In this document: in pieces, positions 48,432 through 58,644 of the stretch | How the letters are laid out: the number at the start of each line of letters is the position of its first letter | How positions within the stretch are numbered: the first letter of the stretch is position 1 | Assembly: GCA_965205015.1 (NCBI GenBank) | Contig: OZ242029.1 | Span: 4,992,001 to 5,056,000 of the forward strand | Reading direction: 5' to 3' | Length of the DNA stretch: 64,000 bases | Source of the DNA: Candidatus Poribacteria bacterium | GTDB lineage: Bacteria; Poribacteria; WGA-4E; WGA-3G | The notes under the pieces: model-generated | Seen by the model: the letters and a program-made list of their open reading frames with translations, nothing else | What the model was told of the DNA's origin: nothing | The model's database searches: none | Program-made: the position numbers and the translations under genes

Positions 48432-49190
48432 CTACAACGCGTTATAGAGTTCTATATGTCTTTGTAGGACCGCCTCGGAATCCGGTGGATTGATGACCTC
48501 AATAGAGACGAACCCGTCGTATCCATCTTCTGCCAGAAGTGTAAGCGAATCTTTCTCCGTGTCCGGTAAGGGTCCACTGTCGCCGAAGTTGACATGCGCA
48601 TGCCGCACCTTGCCGCGTAGATGCACGTAAGCGACATTGACGGGTTCCCCGTGTCGAACATGATGCGCCGCGTGCCAATTCGCGAAGGTGTTCTGTGCTT
48701 CCGCTCGATATAGCGTCTCCGTTACGTAACTCGCGATGAGATTGCCGTGTGTCTCCAAACACAGAGCCACTCCCGCGTCGCCAGCCAAGCCGTCGCAAGC
48801 CCGAATGCCCTCCGCTTCCCAATCCAAAGTTTGGGACACCTCAACAGGGGTTTCTGGTACCCGATCCCCGAAAATCCGAATATTCTTGGCACCCATCGTT
48901 TCGGACAAGTCTATATACCGTTTGAGCAACTCCACCTGTTCGGCGCGTTTTTGGGCGTCCGGGTCTATGAATCGTACCCCAGTCGCGATACAGGAGAGTT
49001 CAACACCACTATCGGCAAATCGGTGGCGCGCCTCCTGAAGCTGCTGGGGGGTCGAATCTAACTCCACGCCGTGCCCGTGATCCCACTCCACACGGAGTTC
49101 TAAGTGTTCGTAATTGTAGTGTTTCGCTTTGTCAATGAGTTCCGCCAGTGTTAACGGCGGACACACAGACGACATAAAACCAAATTTCAT
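48432..49190 (-). CDS. sugar phosphate isomerase/epimerase (TIM barrel)
   Basis: IRIFG, LETHG, HAH, GYDGFVSIE. Confidence 0.8.
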   Translation of the reverse strand: MKFGFMSSVCPPLTLAELIDKAKHYNYEHLELRVEWDHGHGVELDSTPQQLQEARHRFADSGVELSCIATGVRFIDPDAQKRAEQVELLKRYIDLSETMGAKNIRIFGDRVPETPVEVSQTLDWEAEGIRACDGLAGDAGVALCLETHGNLIASYVTETLYRAEAQNTFANWHAAHHVRHGEPVNVAYVHLRGKVRHAHVNFGDSGPLPDTEKDSLTLLAEDGYDGFVSIEVINPPDSEAVLQRHIELYNAL

Positions 49191-49213
49191 ATAAAGCCTC
49201 CAATTTTGTTAGA

Positions 49214-52200
49214 TTAACCTCGAATGTCAATAGATGAACTGCCGTTTCCCCGTTTTCTAACATTGATTTTGACGGGCAAACGCCTCGTTAACTCCTGAAT
49301 GTGGCTGATGAGAAAGATGCTGCGTCCCTGCATACGGAGTCCTTCCAGTGCGGCGATAGCAACGTCAAGTGTCTCGGTATCGAGGGTGCCGAATCCTTCG
49401 TCAAGAAACAGCGAATTGAGTTGCGCTCGTCCGCGACTCAGATCCGCAAGTGCGAGTGCCAACGCGAGACTCGTCAGGAACGATTCCCCACCGGAGAGGG
49501 TTTCAACAGGACGTTCTTCATTGGCATTCCATCGGTCGATAACAGTCAAATCACCGATTCCCTCAACTTTAAGCTGGTACCGCTCAGAGGTGAGGTATTT
49601 TAACTGATCGTTTGCTAAATTGCCCATCTGCCTAAACATAATCTCCAAAGCAAAATCGCGTAAGTCATTAGCAGGGATTATCTCCCGTAGCCTTTTCCAA
49701 CGCGTCAATTCCACTTCGGCTGCAGCGATTTCACTACCGAGAGCCTCCCGTTTTTCAAGTGCATCTTTTAAGTTGTCAATTCTCTGCTGTTGCGCGCCAA
49801 CTTCCTGCTGTGCTGCTTGAAGTTGCTCTCCAATTTCTGCGGCTTGAACTTCAATTCGTCCTAATGCTTCTGGATCGAACGGCGTTTCCTCAAATCGGGT
49901 TCGCAACGTGGCAATTTCGATCTCAAGTTGTTGCTTTTCATCTTCGTAAGCATCAATTTGATCAGTGAGTTCCTGCAGCTGCGAATCATCTCGAAAAGCG
50001 TTGTCGTGTGCTTCTGGTGAATCAAATCCTGCCTCACTTAATTTTTGAAAGTAAGCATCGCGCGCGGTTTTAAGTTTTTCGGAGGCTTCTTTATACTGAT
50101 TCTCACAATGCACATGCGTCGTCTGCTTTTGGGTAAGCAGCGTTTGACTCTCTTGCAATTGTTGAGTAGCCTCATCGCGCTCAGTGTTTTTCAACTGGAG
50201 CCGCTTTTCCAATTCATCAATAGCAGCGTTAATCGCATCCTCCGTTTCCAAGCCACCGGTTTTGGCACGAACGACATTCAAAAACGCCGCGCCTTCGCGG
50301 CGGTATTCGTCTATCTCGGCTTGCAAATTATCACGGTCTTGCCGTAAATTCTCAAGACTATTCTGGTCTGCCTCAATTTTAGCGTCAAGCAGTTTAAGAT
50401 CGGTTTGTGTCGTATCCAGTTTGTCCTTGTGCGTCTCAACTTTCTCAATCTTCTCGCTAAACTGCTGCACAGCCTCCTTCGGCACAACGCCATGAAAAAT
50501 CCTCGGTAGTAACTCCCAAAAACGATTCTCAGTAGACGCAATGTCCACTCTCAAAGTCTCAACATCACTACTCACATTTCGCAATTGCGCCTCCGCTTCA
50601 TCCAAAGATTGATTCTCGCTTTTAATGTTGCTTTCACAGTTTTCGAGTCGTTGTGTCGCCATTTGGCAAGCGTGCTGTGCCTGTGTATGTGCTTGGTCAG
50701 CTTCCACAATATCCGCAATAGCAATGTCCGCCTCCGCGATCTGCTCGGCTATCCACTCGGCTGAAATATCAGTATCCGGATAGAACTCCTGCCATTCAGT
50801 GAGAAGTTTCGCTGCCTCCGCTCGCAGCGTCTCTATTTCTGCTGCGCATGTTTCAATTTGATCGACAGTGTTGCGTTCATTCTGTTCGGTTTGAATATGC
50901 TTCGTTTGCAGAGCCTGCAGCTGCTCTTGTGCGGCTTGTGCCTCAGTTTTCGCGTTTTTTAAGGCACTTTCAGCGGCTTGTATCAGTTCCTCACCTTCAG
51001 GTTCCATAATATCAGCGAATGGATGTTCCGTCGCGCCACACACCAAGCAAGGTTCTCCCGTGTGCAGATGCTGTCGAAATTCATTGATCGGATTTGCCCA
51101 CATCACCGATTTTAGTTCACCTTCACAGCGTTGGACAACTTCGACTGCCAACTGACATACCTCTGTGCGTCGGTCTAATTCGGTTTTAAGCTGTTCAAGT
51201 TCTGTGTCCACCGCTGCTTTTGCTGTGTTTAGTTCGCGCAAACGATTTTCGGAATCTGCCAAGTCATCTATCGTCGTGTCATATTTCTGCACAATAGGCT
51301 GTGCTTTGGCAGCCTGCTGTTTTCGGGATGTCCATTCCTCTCGAGTACTGGTTGCCAGCAGTTCGTTCAATTCAGCCGAGGCTTCTTTTAACGTAACCTC
51401 TGCCTCTGCCTTTTCCGCGAGTCCTTTTTCGTGAGCCTTAGACAGTTCTTCGATGTCACATCTTAACGACGATACTTTCTTTTCATGCTGTGCTTTGTTC
51501 ATCGAGGCGGTTTCCAACTGATCTGTTTGCGAATCGAGTTGTGCCAGAAAACCGGTTGCCCGCGTAAGACGTTGTTGTCGGTCTAATGGAAGCGGGTTTT
51601 CATCTAAAAAGGTGTGTGCCTCGTTAATCTGTTTCTGCAAATCGGTTTGTTCAGTCTTTTTGCTGGCTAACCCGTCTGAAAGTATCTTAATCTGATTATC
51701 CAAGTCTGTCAATTTTGGAGTTCGGTTAGCCGCCTCTTCCAATTGATCCAAGGCACGTCTTACATCCAATTTAGCAGCATTGTAAATCGCCGTTTTTTCT
51801 GTGTGTTCCGTTGATGCTGCCTGATACACCTCTTCTTTTTCGTCAAAATCGGCTTTGTCGGCTTTCACCTGTTTTTCCGCATCCGTTTTCCCGGTTGTTG
51901 CTGTATCAAGTGCCTCCTCTGCCTCTTCGCGCTCCGATTTTGCGGTATCATACTCCCGTTTTTCAGAGCGTAAATCCTTAGCACGTTGTGCATGCTCCAA
52001 TTCTACTTGGAGGGCATCAACCTCCGGTTGCAGATTCAGGAGTTCTACTTGACGCTTTTCTGAAGATTGGAGTTTTTCGGAGTCCTCTTTGCGTTTCGTT
52101 TCCCGATCTTTCTCCTGCTGAATTTGCTGACTTTGCCCCCCTAACGCCTCGGCTTCCACCTGTAAATTGTCAAATTCTGTCTCGGCTTCCGTGAGTTGCT

Positions 52201-52858
52201 CGTGAGAGGCTTCTGGGATTTTGTTCAATTTGTCCAGGACATCGGCATTCGCTGCCTCCACCTCGTTAATTTTATCATTTAATGTTTGTCTGAGTAAATC
52301 GTAGATATGGATACCCGCGGTCGCTTCCAATATTGTGCGTCTATCTTCCTTACTCGCTTTCAAAAACGCCGCAAATTCCCCTTGCGCCAGCATAACAGAA
52401 CGTTTGAAGGCATCAAAATCAAGCCCCAAAATTGCCATAACTTCTTCGCTTACCGTGTTTTGGCTCATACCGAGAGATTTACCGCGGCTTGACAGTTTAT
52501 CACTGATTAATTTTCCATCCTCCGCATAAAGTAACTGCCCTTTTGGAGAACCTCCTTGTTTAACAGACCAAGTGGCGATATAACGGGTATTATTTGCAAT
52601 AAAATGGACTTCAGCGAACCCTTCTTTTTCGCCATGACTGATAAGGTGCTTCGGATTTTGGCTGCCTTGTCCGGTCAAACGCGGTGTTTTCCCGTAGAGA
52701 GCGACACAAATAGCGTCCAACAGTGTCGTCTTCCCCGCGCCTGTCGGACCGGTAATCGCCACGAGCGAAGCATCATCTAACGGTGGGTTTTCAAAATCAA
52801 CTTCAACCTGCTCCCGAAAACTATTCAGATTCTTAAGTTTTAATTTACATATTTTCAT
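49214..52858 (-). CDS. sbcC: SMC-like ATPase SbcC
   Basis: GPTGAGKT, LAQGEF, long coiled coil with CLVC zinc hook, LSGGE, FLDEGFGTLD. Confidence 0.95.
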   Translation of the reverse strand: MKICKLKLKNLNSFREQVEVDFENPPLDDASLVAITGPTGAGKTTLLDAICVALYGKTPRLTGQGSQNPKHLISHGEKEGFAEVHFIANNTRYIATWSVKQGGSPKGQLLYAEDGKLISDKLSSRGKSLGMSQNTVSEEVMAILGLDFDAFKRSVMLAQGEFAAFLKASKEDRRTILEATAGIHIYDLLRQTLNDKINEVEAANADVLDKLNKIPEASHEQLTEAETEFDNLQVEAEALGGQSQQIQQEKDRETKRKEDSEKLQSSEKRQVELLNLQPEVDALQVELEHAQRAKDLRSEKREYDTAKSEREEAEEALDTATTGKTDAEKQVKADKADFDEKEEVYQAASTEHTEKTAIYNAAKLDVRRALDQLEEAANRTPKLTDLDNQIKILSDGLASKKTEQTDLQKQINEAHTFLDENPLPLDRQQRLTRATGFLAQLDSQTDQLETASMNKAQHEKKVSSLRCDIEELSKAHEKGLAEKAEAEVTLKEASAELNELLATSTREEWTSRKQQAAKAQPIVQKYDTTIDDLADSENRLRELNTAKAAVDTELEQLKTELDRRTEVCQLAVEVVQRCEGELKSVMWANPINEFRQHLHTGEPCLVCGATEHPFADIMEPEGEELIQAAESALKNAKTEAQAAQEQLQALQTKHIQTEQNERNTVDQIETCAAEIETLRAEAAKLLTEWQEFYPDTDISAEWIAEQIAEADIAIADIVEADQAHTQAQHACQMATQRLENCESNIKSENQSLDEAEAQLRNVSSDVETLRVDIASTENRFWELLPRIFHGVVPKEAVQQFSEKIEKVETHKDKLDTTQTDLKLLDAKIEADQNSLENLRQDRDNLQAEIDEYRREGAAFLNVVRAKTGGLETEDAINAAIDELEKRLQLKNTERDEATQQLQESQTLLTQKQTTHVHCENQYKEASEKLKTARDAYFQKLSEAGFDSPEAHDNAFRDDSQLQELTDQIDAYEDEKQQLEIEIATLRTRFEETPFDPEALGRIEVQAAEIGEQLQAAQQEVGAQQQRIDNLKDALEKREALGSEIAAAEVELTRWKRLREIIPANDLRDFALEIMFRQMGNLANDQLKYLTSERYQLKVEGIGDLTVIDRWNANEERPVETLSGGESFLTSLALALALADLSRGRAQLNSLFLDEGFGTLDTETLDVAIAALEGLRMQGRSIFLISHIQELTRRLPVKINVRKRGNGSSSIDIRG

Positions 52859-54027
52859 TGCGTCTCCTCAACCATCTGGAGCAATTCGCTGAATGTTTGC
52901 GTCAAGGTTGCATCCGGTGATTCACCCTCGAATTTTGCCTTGTAAAATTGTTCAAAGATTTTTTCGGGACGTTCCATTTCCTCAAGAGGGATCGGAGGTC
53001 CCTGCTTTACTTCCGGCACTTCAATCTCAACGCTCAGCACCTCGCCGCCACGTTCGCTGAAGGCTTGACGAATTTTATCACCGATACCAACGGTTGGTTG
53101 ATTTAATTTCAGTTTCACTTGGATGTATTTGCCATCCCATGTCCCTGTTCCTGCTTCCCAAAGGATGGAATTCGCATCACCTTCAACAGTACACAGTGCC
53201 TTGAAAACAGGAATCTCAATCCCTTCATCTCGCACCAGCGATCCATCATCAAGCAATTCCAACAGATAAATTTGCTTGGAATAGTTTGCCTCGTTGAACC
53301 GCAGGGGGATTGGTGAACCTGAATACCGGATGGGGTAATCGGTGCCTTTAATAGTTTGCGGCCTGTGGAGATGCCCAAGCGCAACATAATTCACACCGTC
53401 TGGAAAATCAGTGGCGCGTATAGCGGTTGCTCCGCCAATCTGAATATTTCGCTCAGAATGGGTCTCTTGTCCACCGTGAACGAAGAGATGTCCCATCAAA
53501 ATTTTAGGGAGTTCCGCCGGCATGGTGCCGACACAATCGGCATAGAATGATTTGAGGCGCTCTCGATACCGTTCGCTCTTTTCTATCTCTGTCTCATAAG
53601 AGAGATATGGGAGCTCTGTCTCGGAAAGGTAGGGGACAGCTGCAACTGTAACCTGTGGATCGTCGGGCGGAAAGGAGAACACACACGCATGTGCTTCAGC
53701 TGCGAGTCCAACGACGTGGATCCTCCCCATCTTAAGAAATTCTCGCGGCGCTTCTAAGTGTCGCGCTGAATCGTGATTGCCAGCAGTAATTACCGTGTAG
53801 ACATCGGTTTCATTGAAGAGGCGGTAGAGAAACCGATAATAGAGGTTCGTTGCTTCTGCTGAGGGGAGGGACGTATCAAAAATATCGCCGGAAACGAGGA
53901 GGAGATCGACCTTACGTTCCTGAATTGTTTCAAGGAGCCAATCCAAGAATTGTGCGTGTTCATCAAGTCGGGAGCGTTCGTGGAGCCGTTGTCCGATGTG
54001 CCAATCGGCGGTGTGTATGATTTTCAT
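52855..54027 (-). CDS. sbcD: exonuclease SbcD
   Basis: HTADWHIG, SGDIFD, GNHDS, ALGHLH, YSGSP; ATGA overlap with sbcC. Confidence 0.95.
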   Translation of the reverse strand: MKIIHTADWHIGQRLHERSRLDEHAQFLDWLLETIQERKVDLLLVSGDIFDTSLPSAEATNLYYRFLYRLFNETDVYTVITAGNHDSARHLEAPREFLKMGRIHVVGLAAEAHACVFSFPPDDPQVTVAAVPYLSETELPYLSYETEIEKSERYRERLKSFYADCVGTMPAELPKILMGHLFVHGGQETHSERNIQIGGATAIRATDFPDGVNYVALGHLHRPQTIKGTDYPIRYSGSPIPLRFNEANYSKQIYLLELLDDGSLVRDEGIEIPVFKALCTVEGDANSILWEAGTGTWDGKYIQVKLKLNQPTVGIGDKIRQAFSERGGEVLSVEIEVPEVKQGPPIPLEEMERPEKIFEQFYKAKFEGESPDATLTQTFSELLQMVEETQ

Positions 54028-54078
54028 AGAGGTTCGTGAGCCGTGCTAAAACGTCTGTTAAAGATAAAGAGTACAGGT

Positions 54079-54107
54079 ATCATACCAAATTTCGGATATA
54101 TTTTCAA
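54079..54107 (-). promoter_or_regulatory. putative sigma70 promoter of sbcDC
   Basis: TTGAAA-N17-TATGAT with extended TG on the minus strand. Confidence 0.55.
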
Positions 54108-54133
54108 ACAGAATTCATTAATAAACCTTTTCT

Positions 54134-55473
54134 CAGGGTCATTCAATTTTAAGATTCCTCATTTTATGAGGTTAACTGCGAGTATAGGTTTTGCTGCGAG
54201 ATATTGGAGAGCATCAGTGATTTTTGTATGTCCGGTGAATCGTAAAACAGAAAGTGCCGTGTTTCGCATGGCTGCCATGACTTGAGGGATCACGCCGGTT
54301 CGGACGCATGAGGCATCCTCTCGAAAGACGGTATCTCGGACCCAATGAAGTTTATTCTCAATCGTCCAATGCTCACGTCGGAGTTTGAGCAAATCCGCTG
54401 CCGAGGCACGTTGAGGGGTCAGACTCGTGATGCCATACTGCACGTGGCACTTGACCTTTTTGGTGTTTTTCTGTTCCTGGTGTGTGATGTATTGATAAAC
54501 TTGCTGTAGCCCTGGCCAGTCGGAATCCTCTCTCAAGAGGGTGCTTGCGGTGAGGGTGCGAGTGGTAATCCTACCTTTTGCGTCTTCTATGTCTGTATAC
54601 GTCTGAAGTGTTGCCTCGTTTTCTACGTGAAGGTTTTCAAACCGGCGATGCTCGACTTCAGGGGGGTCAGTTTCATCAAAGGGTTCAAAGAGGTCTCGAA
54701 TATCTTCATATAACTGCTTCTGATTCGCTTTGACGGGGAGGCAATAATCTGCGTGATTTTCAAGAATCTGTTGACAGAACTTACGTTGGCTGAGAAGGGC
54801 ATCGGTGGTAATAACCAGACCTGCGACATCAAAGGCTTTCAGGAGTTCGATGGAAAGTGGGATTTCATTGGTCTTTTCACCCACCGCAGTTTCTGCCACA
54901 GGGATGCCTACCTCATGAAAGACGGCTGCGAGGAGATGTGTCCTGCGGGCATCTTCGCTATGACTGTTGCCTAAGGTTTTGCCATCTATGGCAAGTCCCT
55001 TCAAGCCAGACGTGGAAATGGGCAAACTGGCTAAAGTCTGTGTTGTCCACTGCGTGAGCGTCTTTTCTACAGCCGTGATGTCCAGACGTTGATAAAGATA
55101 ATGAAACGTCGATGCTGCCGGGGTTTGTTTGGCTCTGAACCCCAAGGCGTTTGGCAGGTCTGGGTGGAGGCGTGCCCATTTGGCAATCTGTGTATAGCTG
55201 CGTTGTCCACACAAGAGTCCGACAACCGTGAGGGCGAGCATCGCGGCTAAGGGGTGGCGGCGTCCTTTTTTCTTGCGTGGATCTGGCACTTTTGCTAACA
55301 TATCAAGTAAGTGGCAAGAGGAACGTCTTGTCATGATTCACCTCAAAAACGTGGTAATTTTTAGGGTGAAGTATAGCAGAAGTCGCGTGAAAAGTCACGC
55401 GACTTCTGCTTATCTGAAAATATTAACACCTGTGAAAAATATGACACCAAAAACCTACAATTGAATGGCCCTG
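54134..55473 (-). mobile_element. ISAs1 family insertion sequence, intact
   Basis: TIR CAGGG(T/C)CATTCAATT (14/15 match); 10-bp TSD AACCTTTTCT at 54124-54133 and 55474-55483. Confidence 0.95.
54159..55334 (-). CDS. ISAs1 family transposase
   Basis: VPDPR...GRRHPL, AIDGKTL, KTNEI, TTDAL, VKANQ, HWTIENKLHWVRDTVFRED. Confidence 0.95.
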   Translation of the reverse strand: MTRRSSCHLLDMLAKVPDPRKKKGRRHPLAAMLALTVVGLLCGQRSYTQIAKWARLHPDLPNALGFRAKQTPAASTFHYLYQRLDITAVEKTLTQWTTQTLASLPISTSGLKGLAIDGKTLGNSHSEDARRTHLLAAVFHEVGIPVAETAVGEKTNEIPLSIELLKAFDVAGLVITTDALLSQRKFCQQILENHADYCLPVKANQKQLYEDIRDLFEPFDETDPPEVEHRRFENLHVENEATLQTYTDIEDAKGRITTRTLTASTLLREDSDWPGLQQVYQYITHQEQKNTKKVKCHVQYGITSLTPQRASAADLLKLRREHWTIENKLHWVRDTVFREDASCVRTGVIPQVMAAMRNTALSVLRFTGHTKITDALQYLAAKPILAVNLIK

Positions 55474-55492
55474 AACCTTTTCTACATTCTAC

Positions 55493-55521
55493 TTGACAAT
55501 AAACAAGGACTTCGCTAAAAT
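55493..55521 (+). promoter_or_regulatory. sigma70 promoter
   Basis: TTGACA-N17-TAAAAT. Confidence 0.65.
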
Positions 55522-55618
55522 TAGAGGAAACCTTTCAGCAACTTTCAAAAACTGGTGAGGGCGGTTTTCACGCGCTTACGCACGTCAGGAACAGCCGCGC
55601 ACGGATACGGAGGAAACC

Positions 55619-56503
55619 ATGGGTACCCTAAACGATTTTCAACGCAAGCAAAGAAAATACATGCCTATCTTTCCAAAAGCACCCGGAAAACCGACCATTT
55701 ACATCGAAGGCTACCCTTGTGAGGACGATGAGCCTATGGCGGCAACAGGATTTCACGGTGAACAGATTGGAATCTTTTCTGAACAACTCTTGCGATATTT
55801 TGCGATCAATCCACACATCTACATTGGTGTTGACAACTTTATCTATTACCGGGAAAGCGACATCACAAAATTCGTTGCTCCCGATGTTTACGTTGTTTTT
55901 GGCGTTGCTAAATATCCACAGCGGCGAAGTTTTTATACCTGGGCAGAAGGTGCCGTTCCTACGGCGGTCTTTGAATTTCTGTCCGATGCGCCAGCAGATC
56001 AGGATCGCCACGAAAAAGTCCGCCTCTATCTGAGGGATATGGGGGTTCAAGAGTATTTTATTCATCAACCCGATATGGAGCGTCCTATAGAATTCCGCGG
56101 GTGGCGGCGAACTGCCACAAGCGACATCCTTGAGATTGAATCTGATGCACAGGGGGGCTTGTTCAGCGAAGCGTTAAATCTCTATTTTCGGTGGGAGGAT
56201 CAACTTGAGACCCATGTCAGACTTTTGCGTCCGTATCTTCCAGATAGCACGCCGATTACGACTTCTATGGAGGAGCATCACCTTCGGTTGGAAGAGACCC
56301 AACGGAGAGAGGCAGCAGAAATGCGCGAAACTGCAGAAGCACAACGGCGACAGGAAGCCGAGATACACGCCGCTGTAGAAGCACAACGGCGACAGGAAGC
56401 TGAGACACACGCCGCTGTAGAAGCACAACGGCGACAGGAAGTAGAAGCCGAGTTAGAACGTCTCCGTGCCCAACTCGCTAACTCACAAGAAAGCGACACT
56501 TAA
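55619..56503 (+). CDS. Uma2 family (DUF820) endonuclease-like protein with coiled-coil tail
   Basis: YPCEDDEPMA, APDVYVVFGV, VFEFLS, GVQEYF; C-terminal EAQRRQEAE repeats. Confidence 0.85.
   Translation: MGTLNDFQRKQRKYMPIFPKAPGKPTIYIEGYPCEDDEPMAATGFHGEQIGIFSEQLLRYFAINPHIYIGVDNFIYYRESDITKFVAPDVYVVFGVAKYPQRRSFYTWAEGAVPTAVFEFLSDAPADQDRHEKVRLYLRDMGVQEYFIHQPDMERPIEFRGWRRTATSDILEIESDAQGGLFSEALNLYFRWEDQLETHVRLLRPYLPDSTPITTSMEEHHLRLEETQRREAAEMRETAEAQRRQEAEIHAAVEAQRRQEAETHAAVEAQRRQEVEAELERLRAQLANSQESDT
56335..56441 (+). repeat. 42-bp coding tandem repeat, ~2.5 copies
   Basis: AGAAGCACAACGGCGACAGGAAG recurring at 56335, 56377 and 56419. Confidence 0.85.
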
Positions 56504-56550
56504 CGGGTTCTTCCCCCACGTACCAATTACGTGCCGAAAGCGACGGCTCA

Positions 56551-56901
56551 ATGAAATACGAACACGCCATCGCCTTCTTCCAAAGTCTTTTAGCATCCAT
56601 CCGTCCCACTGAGACGCAACTGTTTACCAACTATCCGAACCCATTCAATCCAGAAACCTGGATACCGTATCAGTTAGCGAAGGCGAGCGATGTGCAGATT
56701 ACGATTTACGATGGGCGCGGGATAGTCGTTCGGCAGTTGGTGTTGGGGCATCAAACCTCAGGCGTTTACACGAGTCGGAGCCGTGCGGCGTATTGGGATG
56801 GTCGCAATACTTTAGGTGAGCGTGTCGCCAGTGACATCTATTTCTACCAACTCCAAGCAGCGGGGGTTTCATCCTTGAGAAAGATGTTAATCCTAAAATA
56901 A
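56551..56901 (+). pseudogene. isolated C-terminal sorting (T9SS-A/FlgD-Ig-like) domain, probable gene remnant
   Basis: PTETQLFTNYPNPFNPETWIPYQLA...AAYWDGRN..GERVAS.IYFYQL...RKMLILK with no signal peptide, passenger domain or clear RBS. Confidence 0.6.
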
Positions 56902-56936
56902 GGGTGTATACTGCTATTACATACGGAGCGAAAATC

Positions 56937-58457
56937 ATGAACACAACCATCCAAAAAACAGAAGCACTCATCCATTCCACACGCGTACTCGATGCGATGT
57001 ATGAGAGTGATCCTTACCGACCCCGTTACCATTTCACACCGCCGTTCGGTTGGATGAACGATATCAACGGTTCGATCTTTTGGAAGGGACGCTACCATAT
57101 CTTCTATCAACACAACCCTGAAGGTGGCTATTGGAAATGGATGCAATGGGGACACGCATCGAGCGTGGATCTGGTGCATTGGGTGCATCATCCCATCGCT
57201 TTAACGCCCGACCTCGATGGACCTGATCGAAACGGATGCTTTAGCGGTGGTGCCCTCGTGAGCCGAGAGGGAGTCCCGGCGTTCATCTATCATGGGGTCC
57301 CCGACGGAACGTGTATCGCAACGAGTGATGATGATTTACTCATCACGTGGGACAAACATCCAGCCAACCCGGTAATTCCAGTCCCCGCACCCGGCGAGAA
57401 AGGACACGGTGAATATATTGTATATGATCCATGTGCTTGGTTGGAAGGTGATACGTATTACGCCCTCATCGGAAACACGATCCCCGGACAGATTGGGGAC
57501 GGAACTGCCCTGTTTAAGTCGTCTGACCTCGTGGCATGGGAGTTTGTCCGCTCCTTTTATCAATCGCGGCGCGAATGGACAGATCCAGAGGAGGACTGTG
57601 CGGTCCCCGATTTTTATCCGTTAGGCGATAAGCACATGTTGCTGTTCTGTAGCCACTGGCAAGGCACACAGTATTACCTCGGCAGATTTGAAAATGAACG
57701 GTATTATGCTGAAAGTTACGGACGGATGAGTTGGGCGGGCGGACTGCTCGGTGGACCCCGCTCGCTGTCAGACGCGCAAGGACGCCGTATCTTTTTCGAT
57801 TGGATTCGCGAAATTCGCGGCGTTGAACAGGAACGTGCCGCGGGTTGGTCAGGGGTTATGACACTCCCACGAATTCTTTCTCTCGCAACCGATGGTAGTT
57901 TACAGATTGGACCCGTGCCGGAATTGGAGTGTCTACGGATGAACCCGAAAGCACGTAAAAATATCACGCTGAACGCGGATGCGTTGAACTTAGAAGAAAT
58001 CCAGGGGAACTGCCTTGAATTGGTTGTCGAAATTGATCCCGGCGATGCAACCGAAGTCGGCGTCCAGGTGCTCTGCTCACCCGATCAGGCTGAACACACC
58101 GGTGTTTTATATGTTCCAACGGAAAGAACGTTAAAAATTGACATCAGTCGTTCCACTCTAAACGAAGCCATCGTGTATCCACACTACCGAGACCCGGGTG
58201 GCACTGCGAGATTGCCGGAATCAGAGCAGTTTGTCGATGCACAGCGCGCACCGTTCACGCTGAAGGACAGAGAAACGCTCCAACTCCGCATCTATGTTGA
58301 TAAGTCCGTGGTTGAAGTGTTCGCGAATGGTAGGCAGTGTATTACACAGCGGGTCTATCCGACGCGAGCCGAGAGTACGGGGGTTCGATTGGTAAGCAGT
58401 GACGGACTGGCACACTTTCGATCCGTTCAAGCATGGGAGATGGCACCCGCATTTTGA
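56937..58457 (+). CDS. glycoside hydrolase family 32
   Basis: WMNDING, YHIFYQHNP, WGHASS.DLVHW, FSG, YDP, C-terminal DKSVVEVFANG. Confidence 0.88.
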   Translation: MNTTIQKTEALIHSTRVLDAMYESDPYRPRYHFTPPFGWMNDINGSIFWKGRYHIFYQHNPEGGYWKWMQWGHASSVDLVHWVHHPIALTPDLDGPDRNGCFSGGALVSREGVPAFIYHGVPDGTCIATSDDDLLITWDKHPANPVIPVPAPGEKGHGEYIVYDPCAWLEGDTYYALIGNTIPGQIGDGTALFKSSDLVAWEFVRSFYQSRREWTDPEEDCAVPDFYPLGDKHMLLFCSHWQGTQYYLGRFENERYYAESYGRMSWAGGLLGGPRSLSDAQGRRIFFDWIREIRGVEQERAAGWSGVMTLPRILSLATDGSLQIGPVPELECLRMNPKARKNITLNADALNLEEIQGNCLELVVEIDPGDATEVGVQVLCSPDQAEHTGVLYVPTERTLKIDISRSTLNEAIVYPHYRDPGGTARLPESEQFVDAQRAPFTLKDRETLQLRIYVDKSVVEVFANGRQCITQRVYPTRAESTGVRLVSSDGLAHFRSVQAWEMAPAF

Positions 58458-58644
58458 GAGAAAGTTGACTTTTGTATCAAAATAGCATATACTCTTCCTA
58501 ACGTTCAAGGATAAATTAGCGATCAGCAAAGAGGTGTTCTTAAGCGAGACACTCTTCTACTGACGGAGACCGAAAGGGTTTTTTCAAAAAATTCGCCCCG
58601 ACTGCTGATGGCTATTCTTGCGGATAGCCATAGAGGTAAACATC

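Noticed and set aside
49700-52300. Periodic Glu/Gln/Ala-rich sequence
   Set aside because: Explained by the SbcC coiled coil; not a separate repeat element
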